From: an uncultured Planctomycetota bacterium | GTDB taxonomy: Bacteria > Planctomycetota > Planctomycetia > Pirellulales > Pirellulaceae | Assembly (NCBI GenBank): GCA_963700515.1 | Contig: CAVOXY010000056.1 | Span: 11,198 to 75,197, forward strand | DNA: 64,000 nt | Direction: 5' to 3' | Part shown: in pieces, positions 63,060 to 64,000 of the stretch | How positions within the stretch are numbered: position 1 is the stretch's first letter | How the letters are laid out: each line of letters begins with the position of its first letter | Notes under the pieces: model-generated | The model's input: the letters and a program-made list of their open reading frames with translations, nothing else | The model's database searches: none | What the model was told of the DNA's origin: nothing | Program-made: the position numbers and the translations under genes

Positions 63060-63470
63060 GTGCCACTTGTGCTGAGCGAGCGGAAACAATCCTTAGCCAT
63101 CATCACAAATCATCAATCGCGAGCGGATGTGAGTGCCGAGGCTGGTAACGATGTTCCACTTCCCAGGGTGCCACTTTCCTGAGCGAGCGGATGTGAGTGC
63201 CGAGCGGGGGTTTGCTTCAGCACTGGCTCCGCTCGCGATCAGCGTTTCTCGTTATGGGCAATGCCTTCGACGCTCGCTCAGCCAGTGGCACCCCGCATCG
63301 AATAAAGATGGCGCTTACGGCGCAGGGTGCCACTGGCTGAGCAAGCGGAAAAACCTTAGCCATCATCACAAATCATCAATCGCGAGCGGATGTGAGTGCC
63401 GAGGCTGGTAACGATGTTCCACTTCCCAGAGTGGCACCCCGCATCGAATAAAGATGGCGCTTACGCGGCG
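63060..63470. repeat. Composite palindrome-rich repeat region (family C), with an internal 76-bp direct repeat
   Basis: CCTTAGCCATCATCACAAATCATCAATCGCGAGCGGATGTGAGTGCCGAGGCTGGTAACGATGTTCCACTTCCCAG occurs at 63091-63166 and 63354-63429. GTGGCACCCCGCATCGAATAAAGATGGCGCTTACG occurs twice. There are inverted GGTGCCACTGGCTGAGC.AGCGG / CGCTCGCTCAGCCAGTGGCACC motifs. Confidence 0.85.
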
Positions 63471-63991
63471 CGGCGCAGGGGCATGCTGGCACCGGCCAAT
63501 CGTTGCACGGCCGCCCGGTCGAGCACGTCGTACGAGGCATCCTTGCCAGCGGCGTGAGTCTGCTCGACCAGCACCAGCGACTCGGAGTGCAGCATCCGTG
63601 GAACGTAGAACCACGCACGTTGCATGGCATCGCCCAACTGGTCCGCTCGGATCAAGATCAGATCCGTATCGAGCAGAGAGTTGGCATTGCGGGCCAACGC
63701 CGCGAACGGGTCACCCGGAACAAGCTGAACTCGCGCTTCGAGTTTATGCATCATCCGATGCGACTGCTTGAGCGACATGCGGGACCCCGAGTCGGGTCGC
63801 ATTTCGAACAGGTCGATACCGGTGAAGCGGACCTGGGGACGAGCTGTTTCTTGCCGAGCGAACAGGATCATCTTGCGGGCCAGCTCTCCATCGCTCAACC
63901 CAATAACAACCAGATGGCCTGCGCGGATTTTTCGGATAGTGCGGAATATGGGCCTGGCGGCGGCTGGTTTCGCAAAATAGGCAAGATGCAA
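63461..63991 (-). CDS. Hypothetical protein (176 aa)
   Basis: Uninterrupted ORF. VVIGLSDGELARKM...FTGIDLFE faintly resembles a Rossmann-type methyltransferase, but I cannot support a family call. Confidence 0.4.
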   Translation of the reverse strand: MHLAYFAKPAAARPIFRTIRKIRAGHLVVIGLSDGELARKMILFARQETARPQVRFTGIDLFEMRPDSGSRMSLKQSHRMMHKLEARVQLVPGDPFAALARNANSLLDTDLILIRADQLGDAMQRAWFYVPRMLHSESLVLVEQTHAAGKDASYDVLDRAAVQRLAGASMPLRRAA

Positions 63992-64000
63992 ATACTTGAA

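Noticed and set aside
1-64000. Search for tRNA, rRNA, tmRNA, RNase P RNA or SRP RNA signatures (e.g. GGTTCGAATCC-type T-loops, GAGGAAAGTCC, GGAAGGAAGCAGC)
   Set aside because: None of these motifs were spotted by eye. This is not an exhaustive scan, so absence is provisional.

Overview
GC-rich bacterial chromosomal window. Gene content and signal motifs fit a Planctomycetota (Pirellulales-like) genome: a LEPR-XLL-like N-terminal signal, PEP-CTERM/exosortase, dockerin-like repeats, ECF sigma/anti-sigma pairs and Wza/Wzc/Wzx/Wzy genes. The taxon is inference only. Layout: 1-15.2 kb is a minus-strand exopolysaccharide locus (CapK-like ligase, YdjC, GT4, CapA, Wzy-like, Wzx, CapD-like dehydratase, EpsI, Wzc-like kinase, exosortase). 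16-19.6 kb holds an ECF-like sigma factor, an IS4-type transposase and a PEP-CTERM protein. 19.7-23.7 kb is one giant multidomain secreted protease. 25.3-30.9 kb is a carbamoyltransferase/SxtJ/DUF5989 module split by a RAYT gene embedded in about 2.4 kb of REP-like repeats. 31-36.6 kb holds a Wza-type exporter and a NusG paralog. 37-38.6 kb is an ECF sigma/anti-sigma pair. 39.4-43.6 kb holds uvrB, a comEA-like gene, a four-helix-bundle gene and nadC. 44.3-51.9 kb holds TolC/HlyD/MacB-type efflux genes. 52.4-56.2 kb holds an amidase, leuD and leuC. 56.3-58.3 kb is a second RAYT-like gene inside a second REP family. 58.2-64 kb holds a Ser/Thr kinase, a UDP-sugar epimerase and a dehydrogenase. 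Two things stand out beyond gene content. (1) Eighteen recognisable genes are interrupted by frameshifts as read, including uvrB and leuC. Indel errors are therefore likely, and I report merged spans typed as pseudogene. (2) From 31 kb onward nearly every intergenic region carries tandem heptanucleotide arrays (TTGGTCA, GCGGAAT, GTAACAA and GTGAGTA families). They often form inverted pairs, are orientation-locked to transcription, and in three cases supply the start codon. This STRR-like repeat system and the two REPtron-like loci are the most interesting content I can see. No rRNA, tRNA or CRISPR array was recognised. All family calls come from motif recognition by eye; no searches were run.
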